This document shows positions 1 to 8,304 of a DNA stretch of 64,000 bases, piece by piece. Each line of letters opens with the position of its first letter. Position 1 is the first letter of the stretch. This stretch comes from Patescibacteria group bacterium (GTDB lineage Bacteria > Patescibacteriota > Minisyncoccia > Phycocordibacterales > UBA9973). The stretch is from positions 211,388 to 275,387 of the forward strand of contig JAGWUB010000002.1 of the NCBI GenBank assembly GCA_028868715.1, given 5' to 3'. The notes beneath the pieces were generated by a model. The model was given only the letters and a program-made list of their open reading frames with translations, had not been told where the DNA came from and made no database searches. Position numbers and translations under genes: made by a program.

Positions 1-64
1 TTAAAAAACTAGCCCCGATGAGGATGACGATAGCGATGAGAATTATAATTGTTGATTTTGACAT
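1..64 (-). CDS. N-terminus of a small membrane protein (partial, runs off window start)
   Basis: ATG at 64-62 on the minus strand gives MSKSTIIILIAIVILIGASFL..., a hydrophobic helix continuing past position 1. It is not in the ORF track because it is truncated. Confidence 0.2.
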   Translation of the reverse strand, partial: MSKSTIIILIAIVILIGASFL

Positions 65-78
65 ATATTTTTAAATTT

Positions 79-510
79 TTATTTAATAATAGCTACTTCT
101 TTAGACATAAAGTAGGTGGACAAAACAAATATTAAAACATAAAAGATCAGCCCGAGCGCACAGGTGGGCAAACCAAATATATACGCACCCAACCCTTGCT
201 GAAATAAAATTGGAATTTCTTTGAAAGTAAAGTAGCCAGCAAACAGCATGCCCAAGAAGGACACCATGCTGAGACCCAGTAAAGCCTTTCTCTTTTCTAT
301 TTTAGAAAATACTAACAACGAGCTAAAAATAGTAATGAGTAGAAACATTCCAAACCCGAAATAACACGCTGGGTAACCCAAGAAAAATGGGCAACCTTCA
401 TTAAAGGCGCACGTCGACGTGAAAAATTTTACCCCACTCAAATATCCTGAGAACAAAAGCCCCGCTATTGATAATATAAACACCGTAATGCTAATTTTAT
501 TTTTTGCCAT
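79..510 (-). CDS. polytopic membrane protein with conserved Cys residues (possible VKOR/DsbB-like thiol-disulfide oxidoreductase)
   Basis: 143 aa with 4-5 predicted TM helices. It has a Cys pair (TCAFNEGC) in the first loop plus CY and PTCAL motifs. It lies next to a rhodanese gene. The family assignment is tentative. Confidence 0.45.
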   Translation of the reverse strand: MAKNKISITVFILSIAGLLFSGYLSGVKFFTSTCAFNEGCPFFLGYPACYFGFGMFLLITIFSSLLVFSKIEKRKALLGLSMVSFLGMLFAGYFTFKEIPILFQQGLGAYIFGLPTCALGLIFYVLIFVLSTYFMSKEVAIIK

Positions 511-531
511 ATATACTATTATACCATTTTT

Positions 532-780
532 TTATCTCACGATATTTTTTGCCATATCATTTATCCCTCCCCCGTCAGCCACATTTGTAAAACCAGCCTT
601 TTCCAGCAAACCTTTGGCCATTGCAGATCTATTGCCAGTCTGGCAATACACAGTGATGACTTCATCTTTTTTTACATCTGGAAAAGATCCCTGCATCATA
701 TCAATGATATCGAAAAGCTTGGCGCCTTCTATGTGGCCATTGTCATATTCCTCTTTGGTGCGCACATCTAAAATTACCAT
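532..780 (-). CDS. rhodanese-domain sulfurtransferase
   Basis: 82 aa single rhodanese fold with the active-site loop VYCQTGNRS. Confidence 0.8.
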   Translation of the reverse strand: MVILDVRTKEEYDNGHIEGAKLFDIIDMMQGSFPDVKKDEVITVYCQTGNRSAMAKGLLEKAGFTNVADGGGINDMAKNIVR

Positions 781-812
781 AAATATATTTTTATTTTCCC
801 TAATAAAATTGA

Positions 813-1036
813 GTTAACCCCAAGTGCCATGACTAAAATAATAAAATGAATTACAATAATGGTCTTGAATTGGGGTCAACGTACCATATGCCGAACAAGA
901 TTAAATTTTATTACAACACTTCCCAGAAAACGTTAACCCCGATGTCTTGACCAGAACGATGATCTTCATCACAAAAATGGTCTTGAACCGGGGTTAACAC
1001 TTATTATGCCGAATAAGGTGAAATTTTATTACAACT
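813..1036. repeat. two tandem copies of a ~105-nt structured element (stem GTTAACCCC...GGGGTTAAC enclosing a conserved core)
   Basis: Unit 1 (813-918) and unit 2 (932-1036) are about 85% identical, including ACAAnAATGGTCTTGAA and ATGCCGAAnAAG...AAATTTTATTACAAC. The closing stem covaries between copies (CCCCAA/TTGGGG versus CCCCG/CGGGG). Confidence 0.6.
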
Positions 1037-1514
1037 ATAAACTCTCGGCGAGTTTGTCGAGCGATTGGTTCCAGCCCATGGTCGCCATCTCAGCCATCTC
1101 CTTTGGATGGCCCTCGTGCGTCAGGGTCAATTTGGTTTTGCCGTCTATTTCTTCAAATTCAAAAGTTACTTTCATCTCCTCTGGCCAAGTTCCTGGCATA
1201 CCCACCGCATTGGGAGAAATTATATTTCCATCTTTATCAGTAAAATGATCCATGGCCACTATCTTTTTCATTGGCACGATTTCTAAAAATGATCCGCCAC
1301 TCCAATAATCTTGCGCCGGCATATTTGGCCCAGCTGAGCCATGCATGCAGTAGAGATATTGCCCACCGATTTTAAAATCAATTTTAATAACTGGCGCCGT
1401 AAAATTTTTCGGCCCCCACCACTTCTGTATCCCCTCCACCGTAGTCCACGTCTCCCAAACCTTCCCCACCGGAGCATCAAACATTCTCGTAATTACTATA
1501 TCTTTTGTATCCAT
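1035..1514 (-). CDS. SRPBCC-superfamily protein (AHSA1/polyketide-cyclase-like START fold)
   Basis: 159 aa. The opening MDTKDIVITRMFDAPVGKVWETWT...WWGPKNF pattern is typical of Activator-of-Hsp90-ATPase-like SRPBCC proteins. Confidence 0.7.
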   Translation of the reverse strand: MDTKDIVITRMFDAPVGKVWETWTTVEGIQKWWGPKNFTAPVIKIDFKIGGQYLYCMHGSAGPNMPAQDYWSGGSFLEIVPMKKIVAMDHFTDKDGNIISPNAVGMPGTWPEEMKVTFEFEEIDGKTKLTLTHEGHPKEMAEMATMGWNQSLDKLAESL

Positions 1515-1533
1515 AAATTTATTTTAACATATT

Positions 1534-1758
1534 TTATTTCAATTGTTGAATTGCTCTTTGGTTGTCTTGTTCAATCAAATTTCTCGCATTCCTTGCCGCA
1601 TTAATATCCCCAAAGCCTCCATTCATCATATTGTTGTTACTACCCTGCCCGGTAGGGAAATTTGTAAACAACCCCGTCCTGACAATTATAAACGCAACAA
1701 TAGCCACTCCAATCAAAAGCATCAAAATCCCGATAAATCCTCTGTTGTGTTTTTTCAT
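1534..1758 (-). CDS. small single-pass membrane protein, hypothetical
   Basis: 74 aa with one N-terminal TM helix and a Gly/Asn-rich tail. Confidence 0.4.
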   Translation of the reverse strand: MKKHNRGFIGILMLLIGVAIVAFIIVRTGLFTNFPTGQGSNNNMMNGGFGDINAARNARNLIEQDNQRAIQQLK

Positions 1759-1776
1759 TTATAAATTATAACCTAT

Positions 1777-2130
1777 TTAATCTAGATGAACATGTATCTT
1801 TTTTTCTCGTATTTTTGATGCTTCTGCTAACGCTTTTGAGATTTCTTTCAAATATTTACTAACCATTTCATTTGGAATATGTATAGTATTGTAGCCATCT
1901 TTGGTAGACCAATAACCCCTATTCAAATCTTTTATAATTTGCTCAGAATTTGTAAGGTGGTGAACACCATCGACTTCTATATCAAGCTTTGCTTTTGGAA
2001 TTTCTATATCCACATATTTAAAACCGTCAAAGGCTTCCATTTCTACTTCCACTCCTAAATTTTCAAGAGCATTTTTTAAATCAATAGCTATTTTGGTAGG
2101 TTGTGGTTTTGGGTGTGTAATTTTTAACAT
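1777..2130 (-). CDS. hypothetical protein
   Basis: 117 aa ORF that packs tightly with its neighbours. No family recognised. Confidence 0.4.
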   Translation of the reverse strand: MLKITHPKPQPTKIAIDLKNALENLGVEVEMEAFDGFKYVDIEIPKAKLDIEVDGVHHLTNSEQIIKDLNRGYWSTKDGYNTIHIPNEMVSKYLKEISKALAEASKIREKKIHVHLD

Positions 2131-2162
2131 TATCTTATTTTACCTTAATTTAAGACTGGTGC

Positions 2163-2507
2163 CTATTTAGTATCCAAAAGGCACTCGCAGGGTTTGTTTT
2201 TGAGGATTATTTTTTGCTCTTTTATGGTATTTATAAACACGTTTTGGCTGGCCTTGCCACGGGCTAGTTTTTTATCTAGCGGGGTGTGGTGATTGTAGCC
2301 ACGCTTGGTAAATTCTTTGACCAAGGCTTGATGCCTGCCATAGAGCGCTCGCTCTTTCCCTACCCAACGCAAAGTCTCTGGATGGTGTGAATAACCACTC
2401 CGGCCTTTATGTTTGGTTAAAATATTCCAAAGACCATGTAGCTCGCGGTGCTCCGCGAGTAAATGTTTTCGGCATAGATGTTTTGGATGAATATCCCAGA
2501 CACGCAT
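2163..2507 (-). CDS. pyrimidine-dimer DNA glycosylase (T4 endonuclease V / DenV family)
   Basis: HLLAEHRELHGLWNIL aligns with T4 endoV HLMAEYRELPRVFGAV. Size (114 aa) and overall pattern fit the Pyr_excise family. Confidence 0.7.
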   Translation of the reverse strand: MRVWDIHPKHLCRKHLLAEHRELHGLWNILTKHKGRSGYSHHPETLRWVGKERALYGRHQALVKEFTKRGYNHHTPLDKKLARGKASQNVFINTIKEQKIILKNKPCECLLDTK

Positions 2508-2725
2508 TAGACTAATTTCTTTAGCTCTTCTTCGTATTTTTTCATGACTTGGAGGCCGGCGTCGGTTTGCGACATGCCGGACTTTACTTTTTCCTCCACT
2601 TCTTTGGCGATCTTTTGAAAAAGCTCCGGATTTTTTTCAATCATAGACACAAACATATCTATCTGTGCCTCCGGCACACCCTTTGTCCTAAGCATCTTTT
2701 TAAGTAAAAAATTTTGCATTCCCAT
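2507..2725 (-). CDS. small hypothetical protein
   Basis: 72 aa. Its stop overlaps the start of the downstream gene (ATGA-type coupling). Confidence 0.4.
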   Translation of the reverse strand: MGMQNFLLKKMLRTKGVPEAQIDMFVSMIEKNPELFQKIAKEVEEKVKSGMSQTDAGLQVMKKYEEELKKLV

Positions 2726-2761
2726 GGTGCCAGTATAACATAAATAGGTAAAACGTTTCTA

Positions 2762-3163
2762 TCAACGATACAGCGCCGAGGTTCTCTTGAGCTCCCTCCT
2801 GATAGCCTTGTGATTTGGTGCCACTTCGGCCACCAAGCTCCAAAAATTCACCGAATGATTAAATTCTTTTAAATGGCACAGCTCATGCACAATAATGTAG
2901 TCGGCAATGTGTGGGGGTAGAAATAAAATTTTGTAATTGAAATTTAAATTCCCGCCCTTGGAGCAGCTACCCCAACGAGTTTTAGTATCACGGATGGCTA
3001 CCCTGCTTATCTTGAAATTATAATGGGTATTTAGTTCTGTGATCCTTTGATGGACTAGGGCGCGAGCGGTTTCCTTGTGCTTTTTGTAATCCCATCTCGA
3101 AAATTTTTTCTTGCCAAGCAATTTTAAAATTTCATCTACTCGCAGAGGTTGGTTTCGTATCAT
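2762..3163 (-). CDS. YgjP-like metal-dependent hydrolase (M48/WLM-like, DUF45)
   Basis: HELCHL (HExxH) motif in a 133-aa protein with DUF45/YgjP-like architecture. Confidence 0.7.
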   Translation of the reverse strand: MIRNQPLRVDEILKLLGKKKFSRWDYKKHKETARALVHQRITELNTHYNFKISRVAIRDTKTRWGSCSKGGNLNFNYKILFLPPHIADYIIVHELCHLKEFNHSVNFWSLVAEVAPNHKAIRRELKRTSALYR

Positions 3164-3164
3164 A

Positions 3165-3389
3165 TTAATTTTCCACTATTAAAAGCTTGCTCGGATGTTT
3201 GTGACCGTTCACTATACGGACCTTGTTTTTAGGGACCTTAAAATATTCAGCCACCAACACTAAGATACGTGAATTCGCAAAATTTTTTTCAGCCTTTTCT
3301 TTGACCGAAACTTCAAAATGATCCTCGGATTTCTTTTTCCAAGACTCTTTTTTTGCTCCAGCGGTGACTTTGAGGTGAATGTAGCCCAT
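3165..3389 (-). CDS. DUF167 (YggU-like) protein
   Basis: 74 aa; [15 protein letters not shown]...VKEKAEKNFAN pattern of the YggU family. Confidence 0.6.
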   Translation of the reverse strand: MGYIHLKVTAGAKKESWKKKSEDHFEVSVKEKAEKNFANSRILVLVAEYFKVPKNKVRIVNGHKHPSKLLIVEN

Positions 3390-3877
3390 TATTTCAGATA
3401 ACTATCAAAATAAATGGCATGGCAAGTGTAGCCTCCTGGATTCTTTTGCAAATAATCCTGATGATAATCTTCGGCTAGATAAAACTTGCCAAGTGGCTCC
3501 AAGCTCGTGACCACTGGGTTCGGCCAGCGCTTTGACTTATTTACAATATCAATAAAATTTTCAGCTTCTTGTTTTTCTTCTTCGTTGCCATAAAAAATAG
3601 CTGAGCGGTAAGAAGTGCCTCGGTCATTTCCCTGCTGGTTTAGGGTTGTGGGATTGTGAATTTGAAAGAAAAAATCCAACAACTTTTTATATGAAGTCTT
3701 TTCGGTGTCGTATTCTATTTCCACTGCTTCGGCATGCCCTTCGTGGTTGTGATAAGTCGGATTTTCTACCTTGCCGCCAGTATAGCCGACGCTAGTGTTT
3801 ACTACCCCCGGCTGTTTTCGGATCAAGTCCTCCAAACCCCAAAAACATCCTCCCGCTAATACTATTTTTTTAATCAT
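3389..3877 (-). CDS. msrA: peptide methionine-S-sulfoxide reductase MsrA
   Basis: GGCFWG catalytic motif at the N-terminus. 162 aa with full-length MsrA pattern. Confidence 0.92.
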   Translation of the reverse strand: MIKKIVLAGGCFWGLEDLIRKQPGVVNTSVGYTGGKVENPTYHNHEGHAEAVEIEYDTEKTSYKKLLDFFFQIHNPTTLNQQGNDRGTSYRSAIFYGNEEEKQEAENFIDIVNKSKRWPNPVVTSLEPLGKFYLAEDYHQDYLQKNPGGYTCHAIYFDSYLK

Positions 3878-3889
3878 TCTTAAATTTAT

Positions 3890-4279
3890 TTACAAGAAAA
3901 ACAAATATATGCCGATGACGATAGCCACAAAACCATAAACGCCGAAGGCGGTTCGAAATTTTTTTACGAAATTCTGGTTTAATATCTCAGGCATAAAAAT
4001 GTAGGCCAAACCTTTCGCTAAAACCATCCAGACAAAGACGGTGACTAGGGTGCGCCATGTCCCATCCCAAACATTGTACTGCAGGAGGTATATCGACGAG
4101 AGGAACAGCAAAATCACCCCAGTCAAATACACAATGGCTGGATGATCAAAAAAGTCCTGAAGTAAATGTGGGATTGTCTTGCCCTTGATAATAAGAAACA
4201 AACCACTAACTACTAAATAGATACCTAGTATTTTCGCAACCAAAATTGTTATATCCATAAAATATACTCGCCCCGCCAA
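3890..4279 (-). CDS. 4-TM membrane protein, hypothetical
   Basis: 129 aa of hydrophobic helices. Confidence 0.5.
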   Translation of the reverse strand: MAGRVYFMDITILVAKILGIYLVVSGLFLIIKGKTIPHLLQDFFDHPAIVYLTGVILLFLSSIYLLQYNVWDGTWRTLVTVFVWMVLAKGLAYIFMPEILNQNFVKKFRTAFGVYGFVAIVIGIYLFFL

Positions 4280-4441
4280 CGGCGTGGGTTGGTTATTAAT
4301 AATATATTAATTATAACACAAACATTTTGCATAGTGGGGGTGTAAGAAATACTTGGACTAAACGTCAATAAACTATGTAATCCAATATTATCTCTTTGTC
4401 GAAAGGGATAGTTAGAATTATTAGTTAAATTAAAAATTAAT

Positions 4442-5206
4442 ATGAATAAAACAATAGGAATTATCATAGCGATTATCGTAATCATCGGTGGTGTGTATTT
4501 GTATACTCGTACCTCAAATAACACGAACTTATCCGAGACAAATACTGCAAGTACTACTCCAGAGAGTAGCCAAACAAATCAAGCTGCTGTGGCTCAAGGT
4601 CGAGCAGTTTTTTCGGTCACTGATGCGGCGACCAACATGAGCACTATCAGCGAGATAACGATGAAGATCAATAGTGTCGATGTCCACAGTGCCACCACGG
4701 GCTGGACGACTGTCTCTACCAATCCGCAGGTTTTCAATCTGCTTACCCTAAATGCTAAGAATCAGTCACAACTTTTGGCTGATGCAAACATAAGCGAGGG
4801 TACTTATGATCAAGTGCGTTTGATGGTGGATTCTATCACTGTCACTACTAAGGCTGGCGCAACCACCCAAGCCAAGCTTCCTTCTGGTGAATTAAAAATT
4901 AATACCAACCTAATAATAAAGGCTGGTGGCGCTACAAGCATTAATTTTGACTTCCTCGCAAGCAAATCTCTACACATAACTGGAAATGGAAAATACATTT
5001 TCGCTCCAGTTGTAAAGACAGAGTCAAGGAGTGATTCAAAGATAAATGTAGATGCAAATAATGTGGTTAAGGTTTCTGCTGGAAAAGTAGATGATACAAA
5101 TACTGTCGGCATGGATATCGATGGTAGTATCAAAAAGGATTTTCAAATTAAGAGCGATCAAAAATTAGAAATTGATACCAATAATGCTATCAAGCTAAAG
5201 CTTTAA
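4442..5206 (+). CDS. signal-anchored extracytoplasmic DUF4382-like protein
   Basis: N-terminal TM anchor, Thr/Ser-rich linker, then a beta-rich domain matching the DUF4382 pattern (MKINSVDVHS...GTYDQVRLMV...). Confidence 0.55.
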   Translation: MNKTIGIIIAIIVIIGGVYLYTRTSNNTNLSETNTASTTPESSQTNQAAVAQGRAVFSVTDAATNMSTISEITMKINSVDVHSATTGWTTVSTNPQVFNLLTLNAKNQSQLLADANISEGTYDQVRLMVDSITVTTKAGATTQAKLPSGELKINTNLIIKAGGATSINFDFLASKSLHITGNGKYIFAPVVKTESRSDSKINVDANNVVKVSAGKVDDTNTVGMDIDGSIKKDFQIKSDQKLEIDTNNAIKLKL

Positions 5207-5225
5207 TTTAAAATTCATTAAAAAA

Positions 5226-5250
5226 ACCTCGCTAGTGCGAGGTTTTTTTA
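5226..5250. terminator. bidirectional rho-independent terminator
   Basis: ACCTCGC-TAGT-GCGAGGT hairpin flanked by an A-run and a T-run, between convergent genes. Confidence 0.7.
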
Positions 5251-5262
5251 ATATTTTTTTAA

Positions 5263-6228
5263 CTATTTTGTGCCGCAATGTGCCTTGAGGGCAGCTAGGT
5301 CGGTGGCGGTCAGCGCTGTGTTTGTGCCTTGATTTAATTTATACATTATGGCTTTGGGGTCATCTACGTGCTCTAGGCCAAGCGCGTGCCCGAGCTCGTG
5401 CGCCAAGACTCGCACCAATTTATCGCGATTGCTAAATTCATAAATATCTATTTCTTTATTGATGCCATCGCTGACATATAGCCCTTCTTCAAACGTTTCC
5501 CCGCGCGAAACGTTGGTGGTGTTGTATTTATCGACAGAGAGGTTTAGGGTGTTGATCAGGCGATTGAGGGCGACGACTAACGCATTTATTTCATCCGCTT
5601 GGGCGTTTAGATTGTTTTGCAAAACTTGGATTTGCTTTGATTCGGCTACTAGCTCGAGGCGAGTGGCTTCTAGTTTATTAAATTCCGCTTGGGGTGCTCC
5701 GTTTCGCGCATTCCAATATTGCACTTGCGTCTCGTAAGCTTGTTGTCTTTGGTTAAAAGACGCCACTTGGGTATTGAAAGCAGTTTTATTGATGTCGTAT
5801 TGCGCTTTCAGAGAATCAAACTTAACTTTTAACATATCGTACGATGAGCGGTTGTCCTCTACGGTAATCCCGAGACTGCTGAGTTTGCTCGTCGCCTGCT
5901 GGCGATAGTCATAAATTAAATTTACTTTTAAAACATCGGCTCCGGTGTCAGCGGGAGTATAGGTAAAGAGTTGTTTGCCATAGGGCTTTTCCCAGATAGC
6001 TTCCGCGTCGGCAAGAGCGCTAAGAAAATAACTTTTAGAAATACCAAACTGGGTGTCAAAAGTTCCGAGATTGTATGGTATTGGTTCGGCGCAAGGCACT
6101 GGTGGATGAATCCGCGACTCTATCTTGCTAAGAAGTGGCGCAAACTGAGTGCTAAGTGGCGCCCGAAATTGATACACCGATGCCACGAGAACGAGTAACG
6201 GTATTAAAATTTTTAAAATATTTTTCAT
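5263..6228 (-). CDS. secreted zinc metalloprotease, matrixin/metzincin-like with coiled-coil region
   Basis: Signal peptide; long coiled-coil (Q/N-rich heptads); C-terminal HELGHALGLEH (HExxHxxGxxH) plus a downstream Met-turn-like MYK. Confidence 0.65.
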   Translation of the reverse strand: MKNILKILIPLLVLVASVYQFRAPLSTQFAPLLSKIESRIHPPVPCAEPIPYNLGTFDTQFGISKSYFLSALADAEAIWEKPYGKQLFTYTPADTGADVLKVNLIYDYRQQATSKLSSLGITVEDNRSSYDMLKVKFDSLKAQYDINKTAFNTQVASFNQRQQAYETQVQYWNARNGAPQAEFNKLEATRLELVAESKQIQVLQNNLNAQADEINALVVALNRLINTLNLSVDKYNTTNVSRGETFEEGLYVSDGINKEIDIYEFSNRDKLVRVLAHELGHALGLEHVDDPKAIMYKLNQGTNTALTATDLAALKAHCGTK

Positions 6229-6932
6229 TTTTTTTCTTGATTTATCTCTGGTCTTATAAAATAAACTCTTCTATTGTCATTGTCGTAAAAAACAACGTCT
6301 TCTTCGTGAGCTATTGTTTTGGGGCCATTTATTATTTTTGGTTTAAATGTAAAAAAACTTTGTACTTCCTCTGAAATAAGATCTACTGCTTGGTGATAAT
6401 CCACACCAGCCAATCCTCCATCTGTATGTCCACCGAGAATCACAGCATCTACTGTTTGCGGTATACATTTGTCTTTGACTTCATCTAATCGTAATTTTAA
6501 ATCATTCAAAAATTGAGCTTTATTTAAAAAACGAGGAGTAGATACCTGATGAGTTAAAAAGGAAATATTTTTATTGGTTCCCTGTTCTATTCCCCCTACA
6601 ATCAAACTCGTACAAGAAAAAATTGCATCTGACATTTTATTTGAACCATTAACCTGAGACATCACATAGGTTCCTTCACCGGCGTGTAAAAAACCATTTT
6701 CTTGAAATTCATGTTCTTTGCCAAACCAGTCAATATTCTCTAAATTGTCATTGTCTCTATTAACTAATCCAAAATTATTATCTAAATGGGAATAATCTGC
6801 TTTCTTAAAACTTTCTTCATCAAATTCTTTAGACTTTCTAAAATCCTCAAGAGTACCAATACACACAAAGATAGGCTTCACCCCTTCTTTCAAGTGTCCT
6901 CTGTGTTCAGATATATTTATACCTTCCTTCAT
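6225..6932 (-). CDS. hypothetical cytoplasmic protein (start overlaps downstream protease gene)
   Basis: 235 aa with no signal peptide. There is a 4-nt overlap with the matrixin-like gene. Confidence 0.45.
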   Translation of the reverse strand: MKEGINISEHRGHLKEGVKPIFVCIGTLEDFRKSKEFDEESFKKADYSHLDNNFGLVNRDNDNLENIDWFGKEHEFQENGFLHAGEGTYVMSQVNGSNKMSDAIFSCTSLIVGGIEQGTNKNISFLTHQVSTPRFLNKAQFLNDLKLRLDEVKDKCIPQTVDAVILGGHTDGGLAGVDYHQAVDLISEEVQSFFTFKPKIINGPKTIAHEEDVVFYDNDNRRVYFIRPEINQEKK

Positions 6933-6934
6933 TT

Positions 6935-7939
6935 TTATTTTTGAGTCAGAGTATACCTATCCAAAATAGCTTCAAACATAAGTGGAGCGACGATAGTGGC
7001 ATCGGATTCAATCACAAACATCGGAGTGTCCTTGGTGAGTTTGTCCCAAGTAATTTTTTCATTTGGAGTTGCGCCGGAATATGAACCATAGGAAGTCGTG
7101 GAGTCTGAAATCTGGCAGAAGTATCCCCATGGACGCACTTCTTTCTTTAAGTCGTATTTTATAGAAGGCACCACACAGATCGGGAAGTCGCCAGAGATAC
7201 CACCACCGATTTGGAAAAATCCAAGCCCCGGACCGTCTTTAGAAAGTTTTGGATACATGTCATATAGATACATCATGTACTCTATCCCAGTTTTTACAAC
7301 ATTTGAATTTGTTTCTCCATCATTACAGGCGGCAGCAAACACATTTCCCAAGGTCGAATCCTCCCACCCCGGAACAACTATTGGCAAATTTTTCTTCGCT
7401 GCCTCAAGTAGCCAGCAATGTTCGGGGTTGCCTTCGTATTTTCCTTTTAAATCATCAGAAAGTAACATTTTATAAAAATATTCGTGCGGGAAAAAACGCT
7501 CGCCTTTAGTTTCCGCATCCTTCCAGTGTTTTAAAATAATCGGCTCAATAACTCGAAAAGCTTCCTCCTCGGGGATAGTAGTGTCCGTAACTCGGCGCTC
7601 TCCTCGGTTTAAAATTGCCTCATCGTCTTCTTTGGTGAAATATCTATAGTCTGGGTAGTCCTTATAATGACTGTGTGCAACTAATCTAAAAATCGATTCC
7701 TCTAGGTTGGCACCTGTGCAAGATATGGTATGAATTTTGTCCTCTTTGATCATAGCCGCCAAGGTCACCCCCATCTGGGCCGAAGACATGGCTCCGCCCA
7801 TAGCCAGCATCATTTTACCGCCATCATCCAAGTGTTTTTTGAAAGCGAGGGTAGCATCCTTCATCGCCCGTGAATTAAAATTGTGGAATAGTTTTTGAAA
7901 TAGGCCCAATATTGAAAGCTGATTCTTTTCGTTACTCAT
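6935..7939 (-). CDS. deoxyhypusine synthase-like protein (DHS/homospermidine-synthase family)
   Basis: GGAMSSAQMG and TGANLEE motifs of the DHS family. I chose the start at MSNEKN (7939) rather than the track's upstream ATG (8011). Confidence 0.7.
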   Translation of the reverse strand: MSNEKNQLSILGLFQKLFHNFNSRAMKDATLAFKKHLDDGGKMMLAMGGAMSSAQMGVTLAAMIKEDKIHTISCTGANLEESIFRLVAHSHYKDYPDYRYFTKEDDEAILNRGERRVTDTTIPEEEAFRVIEPIILKHWKDAETKGERFFPHEYFYKMLLSDDLKGKYEGNPEHCWLLEAAKKNLPIVVPGWEDSTLGNVFAAACNDGETNSNVVKTGIEYMMYLYDMYPKLSKDGPGLGFFQIGGGISGDFPICVVPSIKYDLKKEVRPWGYFCQISDSTTSYGSYSGATPNEKITWDKLTKDTPMFVIESDATIVAPLMFEAILDRYTLTQK

Positions 7940-8030
7940 ATGTACAGTATACAAAATTTCTGCCAAAAAAGGCAACCTAGCTATGAGGGTTGTTTGCCTT
8001 TTTGGGGCCAATATGCAATAATAGCCCTAT

Positions 8031-8276
8031 ATGAATCTAGTGGTGAAAACTCTGCCATATGCGCAGATTATCCTTTCAGTGATATTAGTGACAGCAATCA
8101 TGCTTCAGCAGTCTGGAGCAGGCTTGGGTGGTGCTTTGGGTGGAGATGATACAGGTAGCTTTCATCACACTCGCCGAGGATTTGAAAAGTTTCTTTTTTA
8201 TTTGTCTATAGTATGTGGAATTCTTTTTGCTTTGTTTGCACTTCTGTCTATTGTATTGATAAAAACAAATAGCTAG
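8031..8276 (+). CDS. secG: preprotein translocase subunit SecG
   Basis: 81 aa, two TM helices. IMLQQSGAGLGGALGG matches SecG (IMLQQGKGADMGASFG). Confidence 0.8.
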   Translation: MNLVVKTLPYAQIILSVILVTAIMLQQSGAGLGGALGGDDTGSFHHTRRGFEKFLFYLSIVCGILFALFALLSIVLIKTNS

Positions 8277-8304
8277 AAATTCCTCTACGTGAAAATTTCT
8301 TTTT

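Noticed and set aside
419-817. 132-aa plus-strand ORF overlapping the rhodanese and membrane-protein genes
   Set aside because: Antisense to two good genes; low-complexity hydrophobic translation. This is typical shadow-ORF behaviour in AT-rich DNA. The same reasoning applies to many other track ORFs, e.g. 1006-1248, 1065-1286, 30102-30749, 30942-31235, 53253-53801 and 60745-61257.
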